Shown here: positions 53,367 through 64,000 of the stretch, piece by piece | How positions within the stretch are numbered: the first letter of the stretch is position 1 | Layout of the letters: each line of letters begins with the position of its first letter | Virus record (IMG/VR): IMGVR_UViG_3300029305_011567 | Reading direction: 5' to 3' (one strand) | Length of the DNA: 64,000 nt | Source of the DNA: an uncultured virus (IMG/VR IMGVR_UViG_3300029305_011567) | Taxonomy: Duplodnaviria; Heunggongvirae; Uroviricota; Caudoviricetes | The notes under the pieces: generated by a model | The model's database searches: none | The model's input: the letters and a program-made list of their open reading frames with translations, nothing else | What the model was told of the DNA's origin: nothing | Made by a program: the position numbers and the translations under genes

Positions 53367-54506
53367 ATGAATCCAATCGAAAAGATTTCCGGTTTATTAG
53401 ATACATTTTTGACTGCGACGATTCTGGTAGGTGCGGTGTTTGGATTATTGGCCTATTACTTTATTAAAGTAAAGAAAATTGCCAGTAAAGAAGAACGCAT
53501 AGATTATTCTGCCTTTAACCGTCGTGACAGTTTGGATTATGTAAAATTTGATGATATTACATCTGAGGGTGAATCGGATGCGATTAACGGTGCCGGTGTT
53601 ATTGTGCTTGAAGATGGCAAAACATTTGTGGCTGGTCTTAATATTTCCGGCTATCCATTTGGTTCGGCAGCGGCAGAAGAAAGACAGGCAACGATGATTC
53701 ATAGTGTTTCCGTGTTTAATTTGGTAGAACAAGGAATACAGCTTCGTCAGTCGGTTACCAGTGTGGAATTGACACATAATATCGAAGATGCAAAACAGAT
53801 AATCAAGAATCTGACTATTGAGCTGTTGGATTTGAATGCCGCATATGAACACGCACTTGAAGAAGCGGAAGATCATATCGACGATATGGAACCGGAACAG
53901 TCGGAAATGTATTTGGAACAGGTAAAAGACCTAAAACGGCAGATTGATGCAAAAACATGGATGATTTCCGAAGAACAGGCACAGATTGATTACATGAATC
54001 AAATTACTATGGGTGAAAAGGATTCGCAGAAAGTCAACCAGTTTATGTTCTCCTATGAATTTAATCCGAATGATTTTACCGAGGAACAGACAAAGAGTGC
54101 TATTTATTTGAGAGCAATGACGGAACTTAATAATAAAGGTAATGCGTATAAGGCGGCTTTGGAACGATGTGGTTACTCCTGCCAACGACTTACTTCCGGG
54201 GAACTTACCGACCTTATGAGAAAGCACTGCCATCCGTTAACTGCGGAAGATGTGCGGCTCGATGAGTTGTTCCACTCGTCCTACAATTCCTTATATATCA
54301 CAAGCGATTCTTTGCTGGAGTTAGAAAAAGAACGATTAACGGAAGCTGCTTATCAAGAGCTTGTTAGTAATTATTATAACAATAACCAGCAAGAGGTTGA
54401 TACGCTTATGCTGGAAGCACAGAGAAATGAGCGTATTATGATGGAATCCATTGCGGATGAACTTAAAGAACAGGAATTTGACCCGTATATAGCACTAAAT
54501 ATGTAG
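53367..54506 (+). CDS. T4SS-associated protein (N-terminal TM, coiled coil)
   Basis: TM helix at the N-terminus; lies between the PrgI-like gene and VirB4. Confidence 0.65.
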   Translation: MNPIEKISGLLDTFLTATILVGAVFGLLAYYFIKVKKIASKEERIDYSAFNRRDSLDYVKFDDITSEGESDAINGAGVIVLEDGKTFVAGLNISGYPFGSAAAEERQATMIHSVSVFNLVEQGIQLRQSVTSVELTHNIEDAKQIIKNLTIELLDLNAAYEHALEEAEDHIDDMEPEQSEMYLEQVKDLKRQIDAKTWMISEEQAQIDYMNQITMGEKDSQKVNQFMFSYEFNPNDFTEEQTKSAIYLRAMTELNNKGNAYKAALERCGYSCQRLTSGELTDLMRKHCHPLTAEDVRLDELFHSSYNSLYITSDSLLELEKERLTEAAYQELVSNYYNNNQQEVDTLMLEAQRNERIMMESIADELKEQEFDPYIALNM

Positions 54507-54516
54507 GAGATAGAGT

Positions 54517-56865
54517 ATGTCAAAAACCGAATTTCAAAATACAATGAAAATGATATCAGAATACCGCGTGCTATTTTTATTTGCCTTAATGGTGGTTGCA
54601 CTTATCATTGCTATTATCTTAATCAAGGTGGTTATCAATAAATTAACTTCGATTGCAGAAGAAAAGAAGGCACCGGAAAATAAGGAATACTTAAAAAATA
54701 CCGATTACAGTAAGCTCAAGACTAAGAAGAGAAGTTCTGTTATTCGGAAAATCATAGCACCGGATGGCGTTGATCCTGCACCGAACGGATATATGACGAT
54801 TCAGGATGGCGGTAGGGATGTGTACCTTCGTTCATTTACGATTGTTGGAATGCCAAGACGCACGACATTTGCCTCCACGTTTGCTGAGCTTTTTGATTTT
54901 CAGAACTGTATTTCTTCTATATTTATAGAACCGATTGCTGATTCTACAATGATAAGAAAAATGGACCGACATTTGGTGGTATTAGAATCTGAGCATGATT
55001 CTACCGGAGATTCCAACCGTAGACGTAAACTGGGACATCAGTATGCAGAAACAGAAGGATGGGTGTCAGAAGTTGAAAATGGCGACAATTCGTTCTTTGA
55101 TGTTAGCTTTTTATTTACGATTTATGCTGAATCTTTAAAGGAATTAAACGATATGTCGGATGCGCTTAGAGCGGTGGCTCTTAATAAGCAGATTTATATT
55201 TCAAGCTGCTATGGAGTACAGGCAGAAGCGTATGCTACAAATGCACCTTTAAACCGTAAGGTGAATATCCGTTCAAAGTTCATTAAATCAGATACGCTCA
55301 TGACGTTTCAAATGGATAAATATTCCGTATCTACGCTGTTTAATTACACACAGGGTAGCTTTGGACATCATAACGGCATTCCGCTTGGCAGGGATTTACA
55401 TACTGGAAAGCCGTATGTATTTGATATTTATGACAGTGCGCTTGACGGACACACAATTTGTATTGCCGGTAAAACACGTTCCGGTAAATCCGCAACTATT
55501 AAGATGATTGCAGGGCGGTATATTCCGCATGGTTACCGTTTTGTTGCAGTTGATTCGCAGTCACCGCAGGGACTTAACGAAGGTGAATTTTCAGCAATCG
55601 CGCGTACATCTGGTGGTGTAAGTTATCAGCTTAAACCAAACTCAGATTGTGTTCTGAATATCTTTGATGTAACAGAAACTACCAAGTACGCCAAAAAGAA
55701 GCGCAGAGATATCCGTACCCTTGATTTAAGTGATAAGATCGCTCAGGTTATCAATGCATTGCTTACGATGGTACAGGGTGGCTCTGAGATTAAGAATTTT
55801 GAGCAGTTTACATTTATCAACGATATCTTAACTGATACTGTGAAAGAGTTGTACGCAGATAAAGGGATTGCGGATGGGGTTCCGGATTCTTTATATGAGC
55901 GTGATGGAACATCAAAAGGCGGTTTATTGTCGGCGGGTAAGATGCCAAAGAAATTGCCTACAATGACAGAATGCTATATGAAACTCTTGCAGAAAGAACG
56001 CGCTAATGCAGAAAAGGAAAAAGAACTGGCATATAAAGCCTGTTTAGCGGCGCTGAAAGAGTATGTAAGGGATTTATACTATACAGAATCCACACTTTTG
56101 TTCTTAAAGAAAGAACAGGTAATTAAGGCAAAGCAAAATGATGCTCATGTTCTTGGATATCGGCATTCAGACGGACGAATTGAAAAGGTAATACATATTC
56201 ATGGTATCCGTAACTATTTCGATGGTCAGTCAACCATTACGGTAAGTAAGAACTCACCATTTACCAATATTGATATTTCACAGTTGCCGGATAATGAAAA
56301 ACTGGTGGCTCGACAGATTGCCATTGATTATGTAACAGAAAACTTCATTAAGAAAAATTCAGAGTCGCTTGGCTCTGCAAACAAACTGCTGGCTATTTTT
56401 GACGAAGCGCATGAGAATTTTGTTGTAGAGTATGCACGTATTTCGATTGCTGCAAGTGTGAGTACCGCAGCAAAACGTCATGTTGGTATTATTTTATCCA
56501 CGCAGACGATTAAAGAGTACACGTTGTACCCGGAAACAGACAAAATTTTGGGACAGGCTGCTATCAAAATGGTGTTCAAACAGGATTATAAAGATAGGGA
56601 TTTGCTTTTAAAAACACTTCCAATCACAGAATCGCAGGCTGATATTATTGTAAATCGGCTTGGTGGTAATGATACCAATGCGAAAACGGCATCTGAAAAG
56701 AGAAAGCATAAAGGTGAGATGTGCGTGATTGAGGACAGAAAGGTTTGCTTTGTGAAAGTAGATTATTTGAAAGCTGCTGAGGAAGCATTTGTGGAAACAG
56801 ATCCGGAAGAATTGGAACGTATTTATGGTCGCAGACAGGGAGGAGCCTATGCGTCAGGGATGTAG
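54517..56865 (+). CDS. virB4: VirB4-like conjugative transfer ATPase
   Basis: GIPLG.D..TG, Walker A AGKTRSGKS, Walker B IFDEAH, AKR..G..LSTQ. Confidence 0.92.
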   Translation: MSKTEFQNTMKMISEYRVLFLFALMVVALIIAIILIKVVINKLTSIAEEKKAPENKEYLKNTDYSKLKTKKRSSVIRKIIAPDGVDPAPNGYMTIQDGGRDVYLRSFTIVGMPRRTTFASTFAELFDFQNCISSIFIEPIADSTMIRKMDRHLVVLESEHDSTGDSNRRRKLGHQYAETEGWVSEVENGDNSFFDVSFLFTIYAESLKELNDMSDALRAVALNKQIYISSCYGVQAEAYATNAPLNRKVNIRSKFIKSDTLMTFQMDKYSVSTLFNYTQGSFGHHNGIPLGRDLHTGKPYVFDIYDSALDGHTICIAGKTRSGKSATIKMIAGRYIPHGYRFVAVDSQSPQGLNEGEFSAIARTSGGVSYQLKPNSDCVLNIFDVTETTKYAKKKRRDIRTLDLSDKIAQVINALLTMVQGGSEIKNFEQFTFINDILTDTVKELYADKGIADGVPDSLYERDGTSKGGLLSAGKMPKKLPTMTECYMKLLQKERANAEKEKELAYKACLAALKEYVRDLYYTESTLLFLKKEQVIKAKQNDAHVLGYRHSDGRIEKVIHIHGIRNYFDGQSTITVSKNSPFTNIDISQLPDNEKLVARQIAIDYVTENFIKKNSESLGSANKLLAIFDEAHENFVVEYARISIAASVSTAAKRHVGIILSTQTIKEYTLYPETDKILGQAAIKMVFKQDYKDRDLLLKTLPITESQADIIVNRLGGNDTNAKTASEKRKHKGEMCVIEDRKVCFVKVDYLKAAEEAFVETDPEELERIYGRRQGGAYASGM

Positions 56866-59752
56866 GAAATTACTTTTATTTTCCTTGGTTTTACTGATAA
56901 GTATATCATCAAACGTACTTGATGCGTTCGCATCAAGCCATAGCTGGGTGCAACAATCGCAGGAATATCAAGACCTCTATTCACAGGGGATGGATGGCGT
57001 ATTTGACTCGGAAAGCCCGTTTGAATTTGAAACTGGTGATGAACAGATTGATGCGATTGCTGTAAAAATGTCAAAGGGACAACCGCTTACCGAAGAAGAA
57101 CAGTCCTATTTTGATGTATGGGCGGTAGAAAATTGGGTAGAAGCAGGACGGTTAACCTTATATACCTCATTGTTTAGTGGCGATATTTTTGACGATGTTG
57201 GTTGGGTGGAAAGTGCTATTTCCGGTCTGGTTTTTTCCGTAGGTAATGGAGCATACCTTTTATTAAATAGAGGTGCGTATCCATTTACGATTAACAATCT
57301 GATTTTCGGAAGGTTGTGTGATGAGAACTATGTAGGTATCAATTTACTACAATTTGAACTCACATCCTATAACCCTTATGGTGTTGTTTCGGCATATTTA
57401 TACCGCATTCTTCGTGGTATTGTATATAGCTTATTCTTGTTTGTGTTTCTGGCGGAATTGGTACGTCAAGTATATTCGCGGGATAAGAAGAGTCGGAGTG
57501 AACTTAAAAATACGTGTAAAATGATTCTTTTTATGTTCCTTTTGATTTATATTTTCCCTAAAGCGGCTGACTTTGTGCTGTATTTAAAAGATGCTTGCAT
57601 GAAAATGATTTATGATGAGTTCAGCTCTTTGAGTAGGTTGGGGAATGATATTGTTGCCACATTCCGTGGACAATATCAAAATCACAATAGCCTGCTTAAT
57701 GCTTTTATGTTTGTCGCCGCTGTATTTTGTGTAATTCCGTTTGCGTTTTCTTATATCAAAATTGCCTTGATGCAGTTACTTCTCTTTGGCGGAGCGCCGG
57801 TAATTTTTGTTCTTTCGATAAAGAATCCGAAGCTACTTTCTTCATGGGCTTCCACTTTCTTTTCAAACATTTTTATACCGGTGATTGATATGGTGCTGAT
57901 CCTGCTGCCGGTATTATTGAATACCATAAAATTTGCGATTCCATTACATGTAGCAGGAGTTGAGGTGGATGATATTTCATTTATTTTTTCGTTGATTCAG
58001 CTTACCTGTATTTTTTCGGTTACGCCCATGAGAAATGCAGTTCTGCGTTTGGTTGGTAATTTAACCGGTATGCAGATGGGTGGTTCTCTTGGTGGTCTTA
58101 GCATGGTTGCAATAATGGCTGCCAGAACAATGAGCAGTATGAGGCATAAGGGTGGCGCGGATTATCATAAGAAGGGCGGTAATGCAAGCCAAGGAACAGA
58201 TAAAGACCTTGCAAACCATTTGGGTGCCGTGAATGATAATTTCTTTGATGGCCACCAGAATGCTTTCCGTGATTTGAATGACTTTGAGTTTGGTAACACC
58301 AACGATAACAAAGTCGCGACGTCGCAACCGAACCCGTTTGCAGGAAACGATGCAGACGCTACGGATGATTTGACTTCTATGCCGACTATGGCGCAGACAT
58401 TTGGCGGTGGTGGTATTAGTACAGGCACGGGGCCGATGGATGATACTGATATAGCGAAGCCGGAAAGTGTCGCAGAATTGTCCGGTACGGGCACGAAAGA
58501 TTTGAATGAGGTTGGTGTAGGAGCTTCCGTTGATAGTGGAGAGTTAGGAACGACACCTGATGTTTCATTGTCATCCGCAAGTAATAATGGGGAGGATATG
58601 GGTGCTTCGGTTGATGCAGCTATTCCACAAATTAGTGATACCGTTCCTAGTAACATACCTACGATAAACAGTGGCACAATGCCTTCTGATACGGTTGATG
58701 GCTCAGACCAAGCAGTACCCGTGGGATATGGCGGTATTGAATCGGTATCACAGAACCGAATGGAAAATCTTCAAAAAATGGATACTTATTCCGCAGAAAT
58801 GTCGCGTATTGCGGATAGCAATTATCAGTTGCAAAGCAATATGGATACAGCTGTTGCGAAAAAGAAACAGGTTGATGCAATACTGGCAAGCGGTATGGAT
58901 AAGGATGGTGTAACACCACTTAGTAGGGAGCGCCGTGCGGAGTTAAATCATGAATCACTCAGCTTATCTGCGGTGGAAGAAAAGTGCCAGAATCAAATAA
59001 AAGCAAATAATAATCGCATGGCGGTTATGAGAACTTCTTATGACAATGCATCCCGCGCTGAAAAATCATACGCTGAAATGTATGCACAGGCAGGTATGTC
59101 GAAACAAACTTATACTTCGGCTTCTGCATTTAAAAGGCAAATGCGTATTGATAATGCAAAAAGAGAACTTGCTACCTATAAGAATTTTGATACAAAACAA
59201 TTTGAAGGTGTCTTAACGCCCGCAGAACGTGAAAAGTATTACCGACAGAGAGTTACACATGATGCAAGAATGAGCGTTGCAAGGGCTGGTTTAAAAGTAG
59301 CATATGGTACGGCTGTTGCGACACGTGCAATCGTGGGCGCGGCAGCAGGCGCATATGGCGGTCCGTCAAGTGCCGGTACAGGTGCAATGCTTGGCGCAAG
59401 TTTGCCTGGTATGTCGGTAGGATTGGCTAAAAAGGTAGGGAATACGGGTAAAAGTATTGCGAATACGATTCCTAATCTTCGTACACCACAAACGAATCGT
59501 ATATATTCATTCCCGTATGGTCCGGCTCAATCAACGCAGAATACGGCAATGCCACAACCTATGGGCGGTACAAGGATGGGTACAACACAGCCGGTATCAC
59601 AGCCATCAAGCACGATACAGACCTCAAGTGTGGGTGGTAGCGGAACTGGTAAGCCACAACAGACAGTGGTGGATGTTTTTAAGAAACGTGCAGAACAGGG
59701 TGCAAACCTTGATTTATCAAAATATTTAGATAGTAACGGTAATGACGAATGA
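56849..59752 (+). CDS. VirB6/TrbL-like polytopic membrane protein with a long hydrophilic C-terminal extension
   Basis: Several TM helices in the first ~450 aa; low-complexity and coiled-coil tail; follows VirB4. Confidence 0.75.
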   Translation: MRQGCRKLLLFSLVLLISISSNVLDAFASSHSWVQQSQEYQDLYSQGMDGVFDSESPFEFETGDEQIDAIAVKMSKGQPLTEEEQSYFDVWAVENWVEAGRLTLYTSLFSGDIFDDVGWVESAISGLVFSVGNGAYLLLNRGAYPFTINNLIFGRLCDENYVGINLLQFELTSYNPYGVVSAYLYRILRGIVYSLFLFVFLAELVRQVYSRDKKSRSELKNTCKMILFMFLLIYIFPKAADFVLYLKDACMKMIYDEFSSLSRLGNDIVATFRGQYQNHNSLLNAFMFVAAVFCVIPFAFSYIKIALMQLLLFGGAPVIFVLSIKNPKLLSSWASTFFSNIFIPVIDMVLILLPVLLNTIKFAIPLHVAGVEVDDISFIFSLIQLTCIFSVTPMRNAVLRLVGNLTGMQMGGSLGGLSMVAIMAARTMSSMRHKGGADYHKKGGNASQGTDKDLANHLGAVNDNFFDGHQNAFRDLNDFEFGNTNDNKVATSQPNPFAGNDADATDDLTSMPTMAQTFGGGGISTGTGPMDDTDIAKPESVAELSGTGTKDLNEVGVGASVDSGELGTTPDVSLSSASNNGEDMGASVDAAIPQISDTVPSNIPTINSGTMPSDTVDGSDQAVPVGYGGIESVSQNRMENLQKMDTYSAEMSRIADSNYQLQSNMDTAVAKKKQVDAILASGMDKDGVTPLSRERRAELNHESLSLSAVEEKCQNQIKANNNRMAVMRTSYDNASRAEKSYAEMYAQAGMSKQTYTSASAFKRQMRIDNAKRELATYKNFDTKQFEGVLTPAEREKYYRQRVTHDARMSVARAGLKVAYGTAVATRAIVGAAAGAYGGPSSAGTGAMLGASLPGMSVGLAKKVGNTGKSIANTIPNLRTPQTNRIYSFPYGPAQSTQNTAMPQPMGGTRMGTTQPVSQPSSTIQTSSVGGSGTGKPQQTVVDVFKKRAEQGANLDLSKYLDSNGNDE

Positions 59753-60867
59753 AAAAAAGACTTCCGAAAATAGCATTACTTATCACGATGTTGCTTTTTG
59801 CGACATTTTACCTCCTTTCTTTTCTAGGTAATAATTCACTTTCCCTTAAAGGGAAAGTGGTTATTACTGTTGTAGAAAAACAGGATGATACATACGGGAC
59901 AGAGAATAGTACGGATAAAAACACATCTGATTCCATTTTTTCCTCTTTTACATCTGCATTGGGAAATTTTGCAGATACGCAAACATCACAGTTTACGGAA
60001 ATGTTAAATGGAAATCTAGCTTCAAAAGATAGTGTGACACCCGTTAACGATCCGTACCGTGAATATGAAATAGCCCTATACTGTTTGGATATCGGGCAAG
60101 GTAGCAGCATGGTATTCCGAGTCGGTAATGAATATATGCTCTTTGATGGTGGCGACTGGGAGAGTTCGGAGGTTTTATTGCAAAAACTGGACTCTTTGGG
60201 TATAACCGAATTTCAATATGTGTTTGTATCACATTACGATTCTGACCATGTGGCAGGAATTATTTCTGTTCTTGAAAAATATACAGTCCGTAATCTTGTG
60301 GCACCGGATTATGTGTCTGATACGGAAACTTACCGTAATTTCATGTATATAGTGCAGGAGTGTGGTTTTGATATTATCTATCCATATCCGGAGCAGAAAT
60401 TTGTATTGGGCGATGCGGTTTTAACATGCGTTGCGCCGTGTGACGATTCTTATATGAATGAAAATGATTACTCCATTGGGCTGCGTATTGTATATGAGAA
60501 TTTTTCTGTGCTTGTATGTGGGGATGCAACCTCAGTGAGTGAGGAAGAAATGCTTGCGTATGGCCAGAATTTGCAGTCTACCGTTTACATTGTCAATCAT
60601 CATGGTTCGACTTCATCAACATCACAGGCGTTTATCGAACGTGTTGCCCCTGAAATCAGTATCATTTCATGCGGTGCGCAAAATGATTATGGTCACCCTA
60701 CATTGACGGTGCTTGAACGAATTAGAAATGTTGGCTCGTTGCTATTGCGTACAGACCAGCATGGGGATGTTGTAATTACATCGGACGGAGCAACTTTTCA
60801 CGCATATGCGGAAAAACCTTATATTGAAGATATTTTGTGGGAGCCGGGTGTTCCTGCAAATGGATAG
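59749..60867 (+). CDS. ComEC/Rec2-type metallo-beta-lactamase-fold nuclease, exported or membrane-anchored
   Basis: DIGQG, SHYDSDHVAG, GDA, HHGS, YGHP, RTD.HG motifs. Confidence 0.9.
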   Translation: MKKRLPKIALLITMLLFATFYLLSFLGNNSLSLKGKVVITVVEKQDDTYGTENSTDKNTSDSIFSSFTSALGNFADTQTSQFTEMLNGNLASKDSVTPVNDPYREYEIALYCLDIGQGSSMVFRVGNEYMLFDGGDWESSEVLLQKLDSLGITEFQYVFVSHYDSDHVAGIISVLEKYTVRNLVAPDYVSDTETYRNFMYIVQECGFDIIYPYPEQKFVLGDAVLTCVAPCDDSYMNENDYSIGLRIVYENFSVLVCGDATSVSEEEMLAYGQNLQSTVYIVNHHGSTSSTSQAFIERVAPEISIISCGAQNDYGHPTLTVLERIRNVGSLLLRTDQHGDVVITSDGATFHAYAEKPYIEDILWEPGVPANG

Positions 60868-60878
60868 GAGAGGATATT

Positions 60879-61979
60879 ATGACAAATTCAATGCATATCC
60901 TATTTGGTTTTAATGATTTGGAATTAACTGGTAAACTTTGTGATTATTTAGCTGAAAAAGGTTATGTTGCAACCATAGAAGAAAAATATACAAAGTATTC
61001 CATTAAAGAATATATTAACACGCATCCGGAGTGTAATACCGTTATTTTGAAGGAAGCGTGGGGAGAGCTAGTTTATAAAGCAGAAGAAGTGGCGGAACTG
61101 GCGGATCTTAGAGATATTAACATTATTATTGTCGTAGGTGCAGAACATAAAGGAACTCAGTATATGCATACGCTCTATGCCGCCGGGATTACAAGTGCAT
61201 TGTTTCATGTGGGAAGAAAGGGCGGTATTAAACTTGGAACGATTGCAGACCTTATCATAAAGAAAAGGCCGCGAAAGGAAGCCAGAGTATACTATGGTAT
61301 TGCGGATGAGCAGATTGAGCTTGGGTATCTTGCGTTTGATGCATATATTGAATATGCGGATGCTTTAAACAATAAGGAATATGGACGCACTCTGATTGAG
61401 CGTTTTATGACAGTTGCAGGCAAACTTACACCAAAACAGCTGGAGGATTATATAAGGCGACTTCCAGTAGAAGTGGTCGAAGAATTACAGCAGTATGAAG
61501 CCTACTATAAGATTACGATTACACTCAAACAGTATGGAATTGATATGCGCTATAAAAAGCCGAAAAAGTTTAAAGAACCGCCTTTTGTACCAACGGTAGA
61601 TAAAATCTGTATTGAGAATAACTCTGAGGATAACAGTAAGGATTCCATACAAAGCAATGTACCTTCCTTGCCGTTGTTTGATTTTGATGATGATGAGGAT
61701 GATGACACCTTTTCATCCGCGTTCTATGAAGAATTAGCACACGAATCAAGCACATCCAAGAAAAGGGAGTCAAAGAAGAAAACGGGCACGAAAACCACAA
61801 ACAGTAACAAAGGCTTTATTGTTCTGTTGTCGGTTTTAGTAACGGCGATAGTTGTACTATTGATTGTGCTGTGCCTGTTAATTATTAAGAAAGATTCTCA
61901 ACGTGATAGTGCCAGTGGCAATATTGAATCATGTTATATGGAGGAAATGAATTATGAAGAAGAATCAGTCTCTATTTGA
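60879..61979 (+). CDS. Receiver-like N-terminal domain protein with C-terminal TM helix
   Basis: N-terminal domain ends LIIKKRPRKEARVYYGI; paralogous to 7142-8347. Confidence 0.7.
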   Translation: MTNSMHILFGFNDLELTGKLCDYLAEKGYVATIEEKYTKYSIKEYINTHPECNTVILKEAWGELVYKAEEVAELADLRDINIIIVVGAEHKGTQYMHTLYAAGITSALFHVGRKGGIKLGTIADLIIKKRPRKEARVYYGIADEQIELGYLAFDAYIEYADALNNKEYGRTLIERFMTVAGKLTPKQLEDYIRRLPVEVVEELQQYEAYYKITITLKQYGIDMRYKKPKKFKEPPFVPTVDKICIENNSEDNSKDSIQSNVPSLPLFDFDDDEDDDTFSSAFYEELAHESSTSKKRESKKKTGTKTTNSNKGFIVLLSVLVTAIVVLLIVLCLLIIKKDSQRDSASGNIESCYMEEMNYEEESVSI

Positions 61980-62676
61980 TGATAATGGGATGTTTGTTGC
62001 GGATGAAAAAACAGAAAAGAAAGTACAGTCCTTAAATACACCCTCACAAAACGGCTTAAAACTGGCGATGATTGCTGTTCCAATCGCAATTATCGTGATT
62101 ATTATTTTTATTGTTTTATTTCTGCTGGTCCGTAATGCGGGGAAGGATAAGGAAACACCAGAAGTAACGCCTGTTCCGGAGGATGTGGTATTGGTTCAGA
62201 ATGATACTCCTACACCGAGCCCTACGCCAGCACCAGTAGCGACGTTGCCACCGCAGCCAATTATCAATGTTTCGATAGCGACGGCTACACCAACGCCAAC
62301 AGAAGAACCTGTTATTACCGTGGCACCGGCTGTAACGGTAAAACCACAGCAAGGAACAACGACGAACGACTTAGAACAGCCGGCAACGCAGCCACCCACA
62401 CCAACACCTATGCAGTATGATTTTTCCTATGTGCCGGATACGCTTGTGAGCAGTTATACGGGAGTCGCACTGACAGATGGTTCTGTTATAGATGGCATTA
62501 CGGTTGTAAATTACATCAATGCCAATCCGGACAAAACCTTTTCTGTATACAACGTATACAGCAACGAGAGTATTACATATGTGAACGGCGGTGCTTCTGT
62601 AGGAGACATCCCGGTGTCAGCAACGTATAAAGTAACAATTATGCAGGATTCCTATGCATTTACTCAGGTGTACTAA
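61954..62676 (+). CDS. Single-TM protein with Pro/Thr-rich stalk
   Basis: TM helix at about aa 37-59; PTP repeats. Confidence 0.75.
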   Translation: MKKNQSLFDDNGMFVADEKTEKKVQSLNTPSQNGLKLAMIAVPIAIIVIIIFIVLFLLVRNAGKDKETPEVTPVPEDVVLVQNDTPTPSPTPAPVATLPPQPIINVSIATATPTPTEEPVITVAPAVTVKPQQGTTTNDLEQPATQPPTPTPMQYDFSYVPDTLVSSYTGVALTDGSVIDGITVVNYINANPDKTFSVYNVYSNESITYVNGGASVGDIPVSATYKVTIMQDSYAFTQVY

Positions 62677-62679
62677 TTT

Positions 62680-63471
62680 ATGAAAAAAGTATTTTTAGGT
62701 GTTTTTTTAGGATTGCTTATATCGGGTATTCTTTTTTGCGGATGCCAATTATTTGCGATATCCAAAGGCTATGAGGAAAGCCGACAAATCTATTCAAATA
62801 TGAACGAACAGTATGTGGAACAGCCGCAATCACAAGGATATGCTTTTCAGATGGCAGAGCAAGAAACGCCTTCTGATAAAGAAGAAATCATGGTTCCTTT
62901 TGAAGTGGATTTTGATAATCTGATGCTGGTTAACAGCGATATCATCGGTTGGATTTATATTCCGAATACCGTAGTGAATTATCCGATTGTTAAGAGTAAA
63001 GATAATGTTGACTATCTGAACCGTGCCGCAGATGGCAGTTATGCGGTTGCAGGTGCTATCTTTGTGGATTGTAATAACCAGTCCGATTTTTCAGATCAGA
63101 ATACGATTATCTATGGTCACAATATGAAAGATGGTTCGATGTTTCATTGTTTGTCTTCATATGGAAAGCAGGACTTTTACGCTGTGCATGATGAGGTTTG
63201 GATCATGGTGGACGGGTGTAGCAGGAAATACCGCATTGTAGCTGCGTACCAAACTACTTTTGATTCAAATGCTTATTTTACCAATTATCCCGGCAAGACC
63301 TTTAGTATCTATGCAGAGCAATGTATCCAACAGTCTTTAATCAGTCCGATTACACCTTTTGATGCCGGTAAACCGATTATTACGCTGTCAACCTGCATGA
63401 AACACGGAACGCCGAAACGATTTGTCGTGATTTTACAGCTTGTGGAGGAAATCTATGAAACAACTGAGTAG
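62680..63471 (+). CDS. srtB: Class B sortase
   Basis: N.DIIGWI.IP...NYP, IYGHNM.DGSMF, ITLSTC, RFVV. Confidence 0.93.
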   Translation: MKKVFLGVFLGLLISGILFCGCQLFAISKGYEESRQIYSNMNEQYVEQPQSQGYAFQMAEQETPSDKEEIMVPFEVDFDNLMLVNSDIIGWIYIPNTVVNYPIVKSKDNVDYLNRAADGSYAVAGAIFVDCNNQSDFSDQNTIIYGHNMKDGSMFHCLSSYGKQDFYAVHDEVWIMVDGCSRKYRIVAAYQTTFDSNAYFTNYPGKTFSIYAEQCIQQSLISPITPFDAGKPIITLSTCMKHGTPKRFVVILQLVEEIYETTE

Positions 63472-64000
63472 CAAGAAAAAACAGGAACGTTTGACTACTA
63501 TTTTGCTATGTGTTCTCGTTGTATTATTGTTTTTATGTGTGTTGACGGTGCTTTCTGATGCAAATAAGAATAATGACGATGTAGTAGCAGAAAAGCCAAA
63601 TCCCTACGCAGATCGCGTTCAAGTACGCGAACCGCTTGGAGGAGAACGAAGGTTGGATAATGGGACGGACGATTATTTGAACTCCCTTTTTTATGCGCAA
63701 ATGTATATGGGTGAAGCCTATTCGCGCGAACATTTTCCGGAAGCATTTCACGAAGGCAGCATAGAGCATGGACACTCGCATATTCCCGTAAATACAGGTA
63801 ATGCTACCATAGATACATATATGGAAGAACATCATATAGAAAAAGATACTACTTCTATTATTACATTTAATATATGTTCGACGCTGAATACCGGGCGACC
63901 GGACATATTGGTAAAACATCCATTTCTTGAAAAGAGCCAAGTTTTATACTATGCGAATTTGCAAGACCAAGAGCTTAATGAAAACTATGATATCTGGTGT
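63455..64000 (+). CDS. Membrane-anchored hypothetical protein, runs off the window end
   Basis: RBS GGAGG before ATG 63455; N-terminal TM; open to the end of the window. Confidence 0.7.
   Translation, partial: MKQLSSKKKQERLTTILLCVLVVLLFLCVLTVLSDANKNNDDVVAEKPNPYADRVQVREPLGGERRLDNGTDDYLNSLFYAQMYMGEAYSREHFPEAFHEGSIEHGHSHIPVNTGNATIDTYMEEHHIEKDTTSIITFNICSTLNTGRPDILVKHPFLEKSQVLYYANLQDQELNENYDIWC

Noticed and set aside
1..64000. Prophage, integrase, relaxase, coupling protein, rRNA or tRNA
   Set aside because: No capsid, terminase, tail, integrase, relaxase or VirD4 motifs and no recognisable stable RNA genes seen; ICE versus plasmid cannot be decided from this window

Overview
The window appears to be 64 kb from inside a very large conjugative element (ICE or megaplasmid) of a low-GC Gram-positive, probably Lachnospiraceae/Clostridia-like, host. 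Essentially every credible gene is on the + strand. From left to right it contains: (i) ssb and small phage/ICE-type genes, including a PAPS-reductase-like gene; (ii) two giant surface proteins, a thioester-domain/SpaA-type sortase substrate and an Ig-like-repeat membrane protein; (iii) three operons, each headed by a copy of the same ~190-200 bp promoter/structured-leader element: UvrD helicase + HolA-like protein + many small genes, then a PRTRC-like E2/JAB/E1 ubiquitin-like cassette containing a Rad52-like gene, then adenine MTase + SF2 helicase + clamp-like protein + a second PAPS-reductase-like gene; (iv) an IS200 element; (v) a Gram-positive T4SS cluster (three pilin-like genes, PrgI-like, VirB4, VirB6-like), an MBL-fold nuclease and a class B sortase. 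The most unusual observations are the thrice-repeated leader (self-complementary promoter plus terminator/antiterminator-like fold), a JAB protease apparently fused to tandem ubiquitin-like domains with an internal GTKG, a shared RNA-like motif upstream of both PAPS-reductase-like genes, a 14-unit helical repeat protein with position-restricted variation, and a 40-bp motif shared by the adhesin and T4SS operons. All family names come from motif recognition by eye, not from database searches. Several start codons were moved to the RBS-supported codon.
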